Shown one piece after another: positions 25,115 through 39,782 of a stretch of 64,000 nt of DNA. A program made the translations under genes and the position numbers. The first letter of the stretch is position 1. Every line of letters starts with the position of its first letter. Under the pieces are notes generated by a model. That model worked only from the letters and a program-made list of their open reading frames with translations. It ran no database searches and had not been told where the DNA came from. Source of the stretch: Kudoa neothunni (taxonomy: Eukaryota; Animalia; Cnidaria); assembly GCA_964304625.1 (NCBI GenBank), contig OZ199839.1, positions 9,792,671-9,856,670 on the forward strand, in the 5' to 3' direction.

Positions 25115-28100
25115 CAGTGGTGGACACAACTTTTGGGTCTGCGGACCACATTGGCTCATTACAGAAACTTGGAAGGCCACATTGTGGATTAAGTGTTTTC
25201 TGTGAAGTTAAATACCTATTGGTAGCTTTTCTAACATTTTTGATACAATAAACAAGTTAGCGTATAAATTAATTTAAAAAAGAATTAAATAATTTTTTTA
25301 AATATAGAAATTTTTTGATCGGCATACTATTACAAGTTACGATGGAAATAATAGGTTTGATACTAAATTAATTTTAATTTTAACTAAAATTATGAAAAGT
25401 TAATATTACTCATTAAGTTCACATGAAATATTTAAAAATTAACTCTGATACAATTATTTTAAGCATACAATTCAATATAACATCTACTTTTAAATGAGGC
25501 CTAAATTATAACTTTTAATGCAATCAAACTAATAAAAATTAATTCGATTTATAGTATTTTGGATTACATTAGATTTTTTGTGACAAATATAATCAACTTA
25601 CAGAAATAGTTTTCTTGAAATTTATTACAGAATATTACAATCCCAAATTATGATTAAAATAACATGAAATTTAGAAAAATCTTAATCGTTGGTAAGTATC
25701 AATGTAATATTCGTCTTTTAAGGTTTTGTATATATATTTTTTAGAATAATAATACCACCAGACAAAGTTATTATAAATTATTATTTCCTACTTTGTAATA
25801 TCTCTTTTAATTTCCCTTAATTATATCAGTTAATAAAACTTATATTTATCATGAAATTTCAACTTTGAAATGATTGGTGTTGCATTTCAGACATTAAATA
25901 AAACGAGAAAATAAAGAAAACAAATTACTCAATATTTTCATGAACTAATGGCTTAAGGTTCGGTTTTAGGTTGCTTGAAGATATCCTGAGTACGGCTCCT
26001 AGATTTTTGTCTGGCAGAAAAGACCTATTCTTGTTTTTATTAATTTTCATACAAGAGAAACTTTGCTCAAAAATATAGGTTGACCCAAACATAGAAAATA
26101 TCTCTAAAGCGAAATTTCTAAGGCATGGAAAACTCTTAGCAAATAACGAATTGTAAAATTCTACTAATGGAACAACAAAAACAATTCTTTTAGTAAACTA
26201 TCAGATTGAACATCTATCAGTTCAAGCTGAAGTTCGTCGGAAGCCGTGTTGACATCAACAGAGAATAACGATGTGAGTATTTGAAATTTTGGTTCAACCT
26301 ATCGGAAGTCTTTAAATCTCCTATTTAACTTTTCTAATAGAGATTTCAGGTGGTTTTTTATTTTAAAACGAACAGTCGGAGGCACTCTTCTTTTGCAAGC
26401 AATGAAGAATGAGTAAATTTCCCTTCATTTATTAGATTTATAAAACGGGATAGTTTCACTTCAAAAGACTTAATGTGGTTGAAAATTTCATAAGCCATGA
26501 GTTGTTTTCTTTGTAACTTTAGGTTTAATTCGTTGAGTTTTTCAAAGATGTCAACTGCGAACATAAACTCAAACCTCCATTCGTCACAGTCTATATTATG
26601 GATAAACTCACAATTTAAATCGTTCATTCTAAGAAAAACCTTAATTTCGTCTCTCAGATAATAAAATAATTTCAAAAATTTTCCTAAACTTAACCACCGT
26701 ACATTGTTATGGCAGATAATGTCTTCGTACTCAGAATCAAGATCATTTAACAATGATCTGAATTGACCGTGATTCAGAGCTCTTGAACGAATGATGCTTA
26801 TTGCGTTCACAACTGGAGTTACAATGTGGTTTAAACTTAATGCAGATTTACACAAACTTTCTTGATGAAACATACAGTGAAATGACAGAAGCGAATGGTT
26901 GGGAATCTCTTTTTTAAACTTTTCATTCAATAATTTAACCATTCCAAAATTTTTCCCCAATAAAGAGCGAGCTCCATCAGTTGTTACGCTTGTTAATTTA
27001 TTCCTGGATAATTGACTGTTTTCAACTGCTTTAACCACACACTCGAACAAATCCTGCCTAGTTGTTGTACTTTCAATCGGTTCCATAGAAAGTAACTCTT
27101 CAGTGACACAAAAATTAGGGTCTAATCCGCGTACAAAAATAAGCAATTGTGTAGTGTGTCTAATATCTGTGCTTTCATTTAAAGCTAATGAATAACACAC
27201 AAAATCTTTTCTCATATCTTTAATGTTTGGCTTAAATTTTCACTTATCATTTGTATACGACGCACAACTGTCCTTCTTGATAATGGAATATTTTCAAACT
27301 TATTTTTCGATTCCGGATAAACAACGCTAACACAATCCATTATACATTCTTTCATAAATTCGCTATCTAAAAATGGTTTGTTTCGCCGAGCAATGTTATA
27401 TGATATCATAGAACTTGCTTCAGATTCGTTTTCTTGGGTTAGAGATTTCGTTTTGAATAAATTGAGTTTCTTTTGATAACATTCAAGGTATTTTAAGATC
27501 GACTTTTCCCTATCGTTATTGCCGATTTTTTCACTGAATTTCCCGTGTTCCGTTTCGTGGTGCCGTTTCAAGTTATATTCCTTTAATACGGCGACTGATT
27601 CGAGACAAAGCAAACATACTGCTTTATTCATTGAATAGGTGAAGAAATATTTTGGAGTCCAACCATCGTTAAAATTACGGTGTTCATCAACAACTGCATG
27701 CTTTCGAGAGGGCATGTTTGTTTAATTCTACAAACACGTGGAGTCGACAAATTACAATTAAAACAGGAAGTTTGAGCGAGCTATCACTCGATAAAATTAA
27801 GTAAATGAATAAAAAAATTATTCCTACATCAAATTAATAAATTTTGATACATCTCTATTATAAATAATTATAGTTGAAAATCTTAGGATATCTAAAAAAT
27901 TGTAAAAATTACATAGATTTTATCCCTTTTCAAATTTAGTAATAAATGAGATTTTTGTAAACGCATCGAATATAATGGGAAGAAAGGATATGGTTCTTAT
28001 TGCGTCAAACCTAATTTAGGTTTTAGTATCGCATGCTCATATATTTTTCTATTATTTAGTTATTTTTCTATTCTTTTTGTTATAAACTGAATATCGTGCA

Positions 28101-28401
28101 CCAGTTTTTTCCAAAATTGATGACGTTACTTTATTTTGAGCGCGCTTTGGGTCTTACCTCATTCACATTTACATATGATAATCATAGGTACGGTGCAATC
28201 ATAGGTAAGACATCAAACCAAATAATAAAATCGCGTAAAATTAAAGTTTAAAAATCCATAATATTCATAAATATGTTGTTAATTTATTTGTTTATGGAAG
28301 AGAAACGCTATCTGAGGTTAATAGATTTTGAAAACACGTACAATTGGCGAAATTTTTCAGCCTTATAAACCCGTCCACGGGCCGCACCTTGCCCATCACT
28401 G
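25115..28401 (-). mobile_element. hAT Charlie/Buster-type transposon, decayed autonomous copy
   Basis: TIRs CAGTGGTGGACA / TGCCCATCACTG with a transposase inside. No matching 8-bp TSD is visible. Confidence 0.8.
25945..27715 (-). pseudogene. GTF2IRD2/SPIN-like hAT transposase pseudogene
   Basis: AVCLLC..KEYNLKRHHETEH zinc finger, LSRRTVVRRI, YSLALNESTD, VTTDGA, HCMFHQE, VRWLS and C-terminal MFGSTYIFEQSFS. Frameshift near 27212 and further stops. Confidence 0.88.
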
Positions 28402-31400
28402 GTTAATACCAAATATATTTCCAGAGTTTGTTTGCCTCCCGATTCGAGTTGGCTGTGAATATTACTTGTCATTGTGTTCCCGCAAGAGTGACGTTCGATG
28501 AGTCCCCGGTTTCTATATCGCTGCCAAAATCAGGGTTATCGTCCTCATCGTTAAGGGGTCCATCAATAATTGTGTCCATTTCCTCAATATTCTCGGATAA
28601 ACATATATCAGAATCTTCTAATGAAATAAACATAAAACCCTCGCCATTATTTATTGTTTGGCTGATGACCTCCTACGAAAATCCTGTTTTTTCCAAAAAA
28701 TGGTGAAAAATAATGGAGAATAACATGGACGTAACGGTGGTGTTTGAGGATATATTGGAAACTTTTGGAAAAATATAAAAAACTAAGATAACTCCGTGAT
28801 TGACTAGATAATCGCACAGTCCACGATCATTTGTAGACATATCTTGTCTCAATTGAATACACTTAAAAATGGTAATAATATTCAAATAAAAATTTAAAAT
28901 TAAATTTCTTTACTAATTAAGTTTTTTAAAATCTCATTTTTATGAAATTTGTAATGCATTATCCAGAAAACCATCAGGATATACTGGAGTGTCACCCTCT
29001 TAAACGCTTGGAAGTGAACATTCCTTTTAGAATTTGTGCAACTATAACTCATTTTAACCTGACCAACTTTAATTGCAAATATAAAATAATCCTTTCGGAA
29101 TCGGAACGTAAAATATCAATATTATAAAACCTTTATTAGAATAATAAATTTAAACCACACTTTACTGTACAACGTGTCCATCTCCAGGCATGCGCGGAAC
29201 TTTTTTTTTAAACCAACGATTTATGTATTTTAGACTTTAAAAAATTAGCTAGAATTTAGTATAAGAAATGAAAATTCCACTGTAATAAAATACAAGAAAT
29301 ATAAATATTAAGAGACTTTAAAAAGAATATTATTTTATAAGAAAACCTCCATAATGGACACTCGGTCCACGTCCAGGCATTGGAGGGTTAATATTTAGCT
29401 ATAGCATCACGAAAAGTGGTTCTGTCGCGAGATATCGATAAGGGAAAACCATCAAACGCAACAATAGATATTTAGTCCATTTCAAGATCATTATTCCGTT
29501 TATTTCAAAAAAATATTTGGAATGGGAAAGAAATTTTCAAATGAGGCTTTAAGAACAGATTTTTTTTAACAAGCATGTTTCGTAACCCTGTTCGTTTAAA
29601 TGGACAGCATAAGTTTTTGGAACATGAAAACCAATCTACCATTTACATTTTCTATATCACTCCACTCATTTAGAAAATTGTTGATTTTTCTCTCTCTTCT
29701 GCCTATGATGAAGCAATTTAATAGAAAATGAGGGTTAAAAAAGGAAATGAAATCCTAGGAATAGAAAACTAACGTTTACTGGTTATATTCGATAATTACG
29801 TATTTTAAACATAACATTTTCTAATTCCTTGTTTTTCCATCGCCGCGGGGATTTTTAAAATTTATGATTTTCCTTAATAAATACATATAATACCTAATAT
29901 GCCAAGTCTCCAAACTTATATTAAATTTTAAAAAGAATTTATGTATTACTTTCTAAACTTTTCGTTATAAAAAAATTATTTCGTAAATATAAATCAATTC
30001 TATAAAAAAATTTTACACAATAAATATTTTATAAATTCGAAGGATTTAATATATTAGACGTTTTTGACTAACCTGTCTAAGGAAGAAACAGAGATTATTC
30101 AACCAAAGTATGGCCGTTACTTATAAAGATAAAATATATTATTTCTCTCCATTAGCAAAGAAACCAAAAAATATAAAATTTTATATTGAGAATTTTGATT
30201 TAAAACATTAACTCAGATACTGATTTTCTAACAATGAGATATTGCGAAAGATAATGAGGTTTTATTTTAAATTATCATAAAATATAGGAAAAGTCTAAGT
30301 TCATATTTAAGAATTAACATTACTAAATTTATCTCCATAAATTAGATTAAAATGAAACTTTTATTTAGATTTATTACTCAAGTTATTAAATTTATTGAGA
30401 AGTATATTTTTATCAGATACAAATGTTAATCGCAGAGTTCTCAACCTTCATTGATTACCTCAAATATTTTTCTTTAATTTATAGTTTTGCATAATAAAAT
30501 GAGCATATTTAATTTTATACGTAATTTTTTACATATTGAAATTGAACATATAATTTTCTACCGTAAATTAATAACAAAATTAACATTTATTTTTTAATGT
30601 AATCGTTACTTAAGATTATTAAAATCTACATCATCATAATGGCAATAAAAATGTGGAATGAGTATTTATGGATGTTGGTCACACCGAATGATTTACAATA
30701 CCGGTAGGCAAAATATAACGAATAACTTTGGTGGGCATATTTATGGAAGTGATCCTCCCGAAAGCTGAGTTGATAAATTTACAATCAAAATGTCACGAAA
30801 TGACCAATGTTTCAGAGAGATGATTGGATAAAAATAAAATTTAATGGGAGCCAAAATTATCCAAGTAATAAGAGTCCTTACTGACACAAGATAATTTTTG
30901 CTGTCAATATAACCCATTCCAAACGAAAGTTAAAAATTAGTTTCAATTGATTAACTACATTTTTTGCAACATATTTTCAAGAGAATAATAAAAAATGAAT
31001 TAATTTTAACCCAGCTGCTACATTAAATACTCCGTTGATCTTGTTGATACAAAATCCAAAGTTTTCTTAGACAAATTACTTTTATTAGTTGCTTTTTCAT
31101 TATAACGACGGAGAGCCATTAGTTCAACTTTTTATTCTAATGAACTATGAGAAAAAATCTAATCAGCTCTTTTTTAACCCGTTTCAACCAGATATTGCAT
31201 AAACAATTCCAAAGAAAGCCAAATGATAATTATTCCATATCTTCATGTATCATTAATTTTTCGTAAAGGATTACATAAAATACATGCTGAGGTGGTCTTG
31301 TAAAGATTGTAAAATTCTAATAACTTTAAATAACTTAAATAATCCGATTAGTCATAATTTTTAGATGGTATTATCTCATTCATGAATAGTTATTGTTTAT

Positions 31401-31446
31401 TGGTACTATAAAATAAATAATCTGTTATATATTCTATTTAATATAA

Positions 31447-34412
31447 ATGAAGAAAAACGTGGTCTCATTTAGCTTGCTTGTTGCATTATTTTGTAATAAA
31501 TTAAAATTTTCGCATCTTTTGAACCATCCTAGGCATACAGAAGAATTTTGTGTTTGGGGTTCAAGAAGAGACTACACAGCCTGCCAAAGTTCTTACGTAC
31601 CAAATAGCAGATAGCGAGAAAGTACAACTGACTTTATCTGGAACAATTTATTCTGCCCAAGGTAAAAAATGCCTTATAAGAAAAGAAAAGGAAGGTGCAG
31701 TTGAATTTGATGATATAAATACATGTGAGGAAAATATTAGTGATCATGGAGTTGGCAAATGCCTTCGTGCTTGTACAGGTGATATCAAGTTGGCATTTGA
31801 TAAGCTTTCTCCCAGAACAAAATATGTCTATATATATGCTGGTGATTTGGCCGAAACAATTAAAACGAAGAACACTGGTGGAGATGTGTTTGGGTTGTCT
31901 ACACGTATTTTACGTAGAATTTACATATAGATTAATTGAGTTTAGCGTTATTGGTGAATCCAATAGTCACAATTTCCGTAGAGTCAACAAAATTGAAACT
32001 TGCAACTAAAACATGTCCAAAGGTTAATTGTCCTATTTATTACAATGGTGTTAAATACGCCGAAGGAGGAGCCGCAAGTAATTGTATAACTGATATTAAT
32101 AATACGGTTGATTTTGACGTGTTGATACCTTATTATGAAATGAAATGTGTAAGTTATCCAAGCTTCTTCTACCATATGCCAAATATATACATGAGAAAAA
32201 ATATTGACATATATAAACCACAATACTATGTGACCTATAAAGGTGGTGACAACGCAAAGACGAAATATCTCTTAAAGTTTACAAATGCTTTCCCATCAGA
32301 AATTTGTTTTTTTAATATAAAAGATGCAGCGACTAGCGCACCGGCAGAAACGAATAAATATGAATCATCCTGTGGTGGTGAAGCTGATAGAAAATGTTAT
32401 GCACCATGTGATAATGTTGAATTGGTGCTTACTGCATTTAAGCCGATCGCGAAAATATTAATTCAAACTCGGTATCATAGATTAGAAGTAGAGAACAATC
32501 AATATGACGGTTATGAAGAGAATAAATTTGGTAAGATTTCATTAAATTTTAAGTAATCATCACTGAATTTTAGCTGTTGTTGAGTCGGCAAGTGCAAATG
32601 CCCTTTTAACAGCACATTCTGCTACTGGAGTTACAATTAATAGATCCCTTTATAGCCCGAATGAAAACAACGGCGTAAAATTTACGGAGTGCGTTTCAAA
32701 ATACTTTCAGGCTGATGCACCAAGAACCACAGAAAGAACACCGATCAATTGCCCAAGTGAAACTTGCGGAAATGATTGTTCAGCAAGCACCACTATTGGT
32801 GGATTGACTGCAGGAAAAGCATATATAATTGAAATAGCCCCTACTACCACTATAACTAATTATGATGGTTTTAAAGAATATTTGTTTTTCAGAACTAGTA
32901 ATTTAGTAAAGTTCACAATCATTATTACAATTTATTTTCAGCTAAAGCTAGTGCGTTAAATTACATTAATACTACACCCGCAACAACCGACGTAACAGCT
33001 ACGTTAAAGGCGATTGACGGTAATGTGGGAACAGAATCCACCGAACCAACATGTTCATATTACTTCAGTGAAAAAGGAAAAGGAACATTTGTGGAAGCAG
33101 AATGTGAAGATAGTTATCCGTGCAGAGGATTTTGTAGGGACATCAAGAAATTGATAAATCTAAATCCCAAAACAAATTATGATATTAAAGTTGTTTCAAA
33201 TAAAGAGTATGGAATAAAAATATTTGAAAATGTCTCAACAAGTAAAAATATGATATTGAAATTTCATTTAATCTAATTTACGTTTGATAGCTTTTTCAAC
33301 CCTCACTCTATCCCACAATTTCCTCGATAAAGGATTTCGAGTTGTTGGAAGATTAACAACTGCATATACAGAAGCAATATGTCACTATAAACTTAAAGTT
33401 AAAAATGGAACTAGTTCAAATGTAGTTTATTCCTGCCCAACAATTGCCCCTTCTCCTCCACAAGCCAACCCACCCAATACTAATGCTGTTCAATCTTCCA
33501 CGAATCAAAATTTAGAACAATCTAATTTGATAAGTCATCTAAATTCTTACAATAATAGAGTAGCAAGAGCGAGTAGCGTAGCTGATATAACTCCAAGTTC
33601 ATCTACGAACACCCAAACTATAATTTCTCCTACCACGACAACTCAGTCTAAGTTCCCACCATGCAATAAACCACCTCTATGCAGCAGCATAATAATCAGC
33701 GAGGGTTACGAGGCTGATAAAGAATACCAATTATTGGTTACAGCTGTGGACAGATCGGAAGAAATTACTATCAATATTCCCAAAAGTACGATATTTATTT
33801 ATCAAACTATATAAAGTTCTAATATAACACACACAAATAGATGCTCTCCCTGAGAATCCTGAGGAAGTAGATAAACAAATCACAGTGATTATCGAAAGAG
33901 CTGGCGATACTTTAAAAATCACATCATTGCTTCCAAAAGAAAAGAATGAAAATTCATTGTGTCGATGGATATTGAAAGATATGAACGATCCTTCTTTACC
34001 AATAGTGAAAAAATGTGACACTGTTGGAAGTAGTAGGTGTGCACTTCCAACATGTAAATCATTCACAATTGAGCGCGTAAGCGATACCAGTGATTATCAT
34101 TTAACGGTTATTCACTCCCAAGACCCTACAATAAAAGGCGTTGGGAGAATTAAACAAGGTAGTTAACAATAAATTATTATTATTTTAATGATCAATATAG
34201 GAGAAACTTCTAATCAATCAAAGTAAAATTGTAAAATGATAATATTAAATTTGATTTATTTGTAGGGCGAGTACGTCAATGTATTTTTTAATTATTTGAG
34301 TATATTTTAATGAGATACCATACATTTTAGGATAATTGGAATTATTGTTCCGATTGTTATCGTTGTAGTAGCAGTCGGATTGTACTTTGGTTACAAGAAG
34401 AATAAATCTTAG
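31447..34412 (+). CDS. Array copy 4 (type A; second ATG mutated to GTG, MKKNVVSFSLLVALFC)
   Basis: ORFs 31550, 31936, 33025, 33284 and 33885 match the exons of copy 1. Splice sites conserved; stop TAG at 34410-34412. Confidence 0.88.
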
Positions 34413-35887
34413 GAATCGATCTAAACATCAGCTTATTAGTCTTAATAAAACAATATTATTATTTCTTAAAGATTTTGAATTTTAGTATTCAATATAATTC
34501 AATGTTTTTTTAATAATAAAATGATGTAAAGTCTATGGCATATTATAATTTAATCAACCTCAGAATCATCCCAGATATATAGTTTGATTCAATAATTGCC
34601 TTCATTCTAATTTTTAAAATTTAAAATGTTCCTATCAAATATATTAAATCAAAAAAATTTTATTTTTTTAAATTATGACTTAAATAAATTTGAGGCCGTA
34701 ATTTTCGACGTTTATTTTTGAAAAATTCGGCGCTTTAATAAAAAGGTGTGCAATCGTGTAAAAATCAAAATGTTCCTAGAGAATAGATATATTGAGATAT
34801 TAATTATTTAGTTTTAATTTAAAATATAATATTAAAATCATTTTTCATCGTTTATTTGAGAGATTGATCCAGTAAACTGAGGGAATGATAGTTGTATACA
34901 CATCAAATTTTGGCATATTGCCGACAAAATAGGATATTTTAATTTGATTGATTAAAAGACTTAATTCTATCTATAATGTCACTCCCAGGAGAAGAAAATG
35001 AAATAGCTTACGTTATAATTTTTCATATGTATTCGTATTAAGAAAATTTGAATTACAATTTGGATCCACGTCTTTATTATTTTCACATCTCTTTACATCA
35101 ACATTCATCTTAATTTCTAGAGAATTTTCATATAAAAAACAATGTTATGTATGATTTATGCTTGTTTCCGATAATTTTAAAATTAAAATATCAATAAATC
35201 TTCGTATCAATTAAATTTTTTTTATTTTAATACAAGATATTAAGTGCTTAAATTATTGAATATATAATAGCTATCTCAAATATTTTTAAATTTAACTTTT
35301 ATTCTAAATAATTTTCTACCAACTAAATATTTGGATGCAACTATGATATTTTTAACATCTCATTTCTTGATTTAAAAAAGTATAACTGCTGACTTATAAA
35401 AAATATCATGAAATAGAAACTAACATAATAGAATTGGAATGTAAGAAATTTATCAAAAGTTGTTTTAATTTTATCTAAACTCCGTAAATACTGATATTTT
35501 TAAATTTATATGTAAATTTAAATAATTTTAATTAGGCATGAATCCAATGCAAACAGGTCATTATTACCCCTAAATTTTTTGGATAATAATCTTTTTGAAT
35601 AAAAAGTTATGAATAAATTACAATAAAATCATGAGAATTCTTTCATTAATCGTAGTATCACTGATATTAAGTGTGAGTAAAAAATTTAGTTATAGCTTGG
35701 CTAAGATAAAAAAATAGAGAATCTAAAGATACCTAATATTAATGTAGTAAAATTAGTCACATACATATAATTATGTCTTCAATAAATTAGATTTTTATTC
35801 ATGAAAAGAACGTTATTTTTATCTTGAATAGTTATTGTTTATTCATCGCATAAAAATATAATCAGATTTATTCATTATTTCATAACA

Positions 35888-38845
35888 ATGAGAGCAATAT
35901 TGGCTTTGTTAGTATTGTTTATAACTTTGTTTAGTATTTTTCTACTTTTAAACCCCTTATTATATTTCAATTAGATAGGGTTAAGTATTCTGTTAGTGCA
36001 GCTGAAGTTACGACTACCGAACCTGCAAAAATTCTTAATTACAACATAGTAGCTAGCAATAAAGTGCGTCTGACTTTATCTGGAACAATTTATGCTGAAT
36101 CAGATAAAAAATGCCTAATAAGAAAAGAAAAGGAAGGTACAGTTGAATTTGACCAGATCAATACATGTACTAGCAGTGATACAACTCATGGAAGTGGCAA
36201 ATGTCTTCGTGCTTGTTCTGGAAATATCGAATTGGCATTTAATATCTTATCACCCAGAACAAAATATGTCTATGTATTTTCGGGTACTGATGCTGGCACA
36301 ATAAAAGATAAAAATAATGGCGGAGATGTGTTTGGGTTGTCTACACGTATTTTATGTAGACTTTACATATAAATTAATTGAGTTTAGCGTTATTGGTGAA
36401 TCCAATAGTCACAATTACCACAGATGAGTCAACAAAGTTGAAACTTGCAACAAAAACATGTCCCAAAGTCGCTTGTCCTATTTATTACAAAGGAACCAGA
36501 TACGCCGAAGGGCAAGCAGCAAGCACTTGCACAGCTGAAATTGAAAATAAAGTCGATTTTGACGTGTTAATACCTTATTATGAAATGAAATGTGTAAATT
36601 ATCCAAGCTTTTTCTACCATATGCCAAATATATACATGAGAAAAAACATTGACATATATAAACCCCAATATTATGTGACCTATAAAGAGGGTGACAACGC
36701 AAAAACGAAATATCTCTTAAAGTTTACAAATGCTTTCCCATCAGAAATTTGTTTTTTTAATGTGAAAGACGCAGCAACTACTTCACAGGGGAGCTCAAAT
36801 ACCTATTCATCATCGTGCGGTGGTGATGCTGGAAAAGAATGTTATGCCCCATGTGACAATGTTGAACTGGAACTAGCCTCATCCAAGCCGATCGTGAAAA
36901 TATTAATTCAAACTAGACATCATAAATTTGGAGTGGATGGGACTAGCGATGATGGTTATGAAGATAAAAAATTTGGTAAGATTTCAGTAAATATATAATA
37001 ATGATCATTGATATTAGCTATCGTCGAGACTACACGTGCAAGCGCCCTCTTGACATCGCCATTAGCTGATGGTATAACTCTAAATCAGGCGCTGTATAAT
37101 CCAACTGACACTAATGTTCTAAAATTTACCAATTGTGTCTTAAAATACTTTCCAGCTGATAACCTCAGGCCCAATCAAGGCACTCCTGCTCATTGTACAA
37201 ATCAGGTATGTGGAAATGAATGTTCACAGGATTCTGCCATTAATCAGCTTGGAGCAGGAAAGGCATACATAATTGAAATAGCTCCTACTACCACTATAAC
37301 TAATTATGTTGACTTTAAAGAATATTTGTTTTTCAGAACAAGTAATTATACTGATGTTTCATATTATATATTTTTTAGCTCAAAAACAGGGTTCAGACTT
37401 CGTTGCTACCACTCCCACAACAACCGACGTAACAGCTACATTAAAGGCGATTGACGGTAATGTGGGAACAGAATCCACCGAACCAACATGTTCATATTAC
37501 TTCAGTGAAAAAGGAAAAGGAACATTTGTGGAAGCAGAATGTGAAGATAGTTATCCATGCAGAGGATTTTGTAAGGAACCCAAGAAATTGATAAATTTAA
37601 GTCTTAAAACAAATTATGATATTAAAGTTGTTTCAAATAAAGAGTATGGAATAAAAATATTTGAAAATGTCTCAACAAGTAAAAATATGATATTGAAATC
37701 TCATTTAATTTACGGTTGATAGTTTTTTCAACCCTCACCCTATCCCACAAGTTTCTCGATAAAGGATTTCGAGTTGTTGGAAGATTAACAACTGCATATC
37801 CAGAAGCAATATGTCATTATAAACTTAAAGTTAAAAATGGAATTAGTTCGGATGTAGTTTATTCCTGCCCAACAATTGCCCCTTCTCCTCCACAGGACAA
37901 CCCACCCAATACTAATGCTGTTCAATCTTCCACGAATCAAAATTTAGAACAATCTAATTTGATAAGTCATCTAAATTCTTACAATAATAGAGTAGCAAGA
38001 GCGAGTGGCGTAGCTGATATAACTCCAAGTTCATCTACGAACACTCCAACTATAATTTCTCCTACCACAACAACCAAGTCTAAGTTCCCACCATGCAATA
38101 AACCACCTCTATGCAGCAGCATAATAATCAGCGAGGGTTACGAGGCTGATAAAGAATACCAATTATTGGTTACAGCTGTGGACAGATCGGAAGAAATTAC
38201 TATCAATATTCCCAAAAGTACGATATTTATTTATCAAACTATATAAAGTTCTAATATAACACACACAAATAGATGCTCTCCCTGAGAATCCTGAGGAAGT
38301 AGATAAACAAATCACAGTGATTATCGAAAGAGTTGGCGATACTTTAAAAATCACATCATTGCTTCCAAAACAAAAGAATGAAAATTCATTGTGTCGATGG
38401 ATATTGAAAGATATGAACGATCCTTCTTTACCAATAGTGAAAAAGTGTGACACTGTTGGAAGTAGTAGGTGTAAACTTCCAACATGTAAATCATTCACAA
38501 TTGAGCGCGTAAGCGATACCAGTGATTATCATTTAACGGTTATTCACTCCCAAGACCCTACAATAAAAGGCGTTGGGAGAATTAAACAAGGTAGTTAACA
38601 ATAAATTATTATTATTTTAATGATCAATATAGGAGAAACTTCTAATCAATCAAAGTAAAATTGTAAAATGATAATATTAAATTTGATTTAATTTTTAGGG
38701 CGAGCACGTCAATGTATTTTTTAATTATTTGAGTATATTTTAATGAGATACCATACATTTTAGGATAATTGGAATTATTGTTCCGATTGTTATCGTTGTA
38801 GTAGCAGTTGGATTGTACTTTGGTTACAAGAAGAATAAATCTTAG
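35888..38845 (+). CDS. Array copy 5 (type-B signal peptide MRAILALLVLFITLF)
   Basis: Exon 1 35888-35933 (46 nt) and a phase-1 41-nt intron 35934-35974, the same geometry as type A. An alternative 35929-35978 intron is also in frame. Remaining exons homologous; stop at 38845. Confidence 0.86.
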
Positions 38846-39513
38846 GAATCGATCTAAACATCAGCTTATTAGTCTTAATAAAACAATATTTTTATTTTAA
38901 AAGTTTAAATTTTAACTTTTCATATACTTCATTTTTTTCAAATAAATACATTATTTATGTTCTATTTTGAGTTAATAACAAAATAAGTATTGGGATCATC
39001 CCAACTATCTAATTCCATTTATGCTTTTAACCTATATTCTACATTTTTATGATATGAATTAATAAATTATTTTTTTATTTATATGATAGCTTTTCTGTTA
39101 ATCTAAGTTAACTCTCAATTTGAAATACTAATAGCAGTTTATCAAAAATATTCCATCCAAAGCATATCCTATAAAACTGTTATAAAGGTTTTGAAAATTA
39201 ATAACCCAATTATATTTAAAAGAATTATTTAATTTACACGAGAATATTTCTCACAGTAAAAAAGTCATTAAAATATATTCCATTCACTATGGAATAATTA
39301 TAGATAATTAATATAAGATCACTATCTCCACATATTTAAAATTAATCATTTCTTGATTTATTTAATTAATTAATATACAATTCCTACATCATCCAATATT
39401 AACTATTATCAAAATATTTTATTTATGGGCACAATAGATAAGACATTCATAGGAAACAAGACAACAATAAACTATAAACTAAACGTGAAGATTTTTTGTC
39501 TTATTGTAATGAA

Positions 39514-39594
39514 TGATCGCGGGTGAGGTTCGAATCGGCGAGCCATAGCTTAAAAGGCGGTGGTGCCATATCGCTATGTTATTGATCGCGCATT
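39514..39594 (-). pseudogene. Paralogous tRNA-Lys-like relic downstream of copy 5
   Basis: Same position in the homologous 3' flank; CTTTTAA loop and GATTCGAACC B-box on the minus strand. Confidence 0.45.
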
Positions 39595-39631
39595 AGTTGA
39601 CTTTGGTTAAAACTATTATACCAACAATTAA

Positions 39632-39780
39632 CCCTTACAGGACGGTGTTCGGAAAATGTACGTATGTTCTGGTGTGGGGTCCGCGCGGACCCCAGCGGTT
39701 ATTTCATTATGTAAGCGCAATTTTTATAATAACTACCATTTTATGTGATTAATATATTGTAAAGATACGGAAACAATTAT
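39632..39780. mobile_element. piggyBac-type terminal fragment
   Basis: TTAA|CCCTTACAGG starts exactly where homology to the copy-1 flank (TTAA at 6041) ends. Perfect palindrome GGGGTCCGCGCGGACCCC at 39676-39693. Confidence 0.6.
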
Positions 39781-39782
39781 TA

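Larger units (their letters stand above)
24420..29387. mobile_element. Composite block bounded by two piggyBac-type ends (TTAA|CCC ... GGG|TTAA)
   Basis: The left end resembles the 9716 end of the first piggyBac; the right end is CCAGGCATTGGAGGG|TTAA. The two ends match each other poorly, so they probably come from two elements. Confidence 0.5.
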
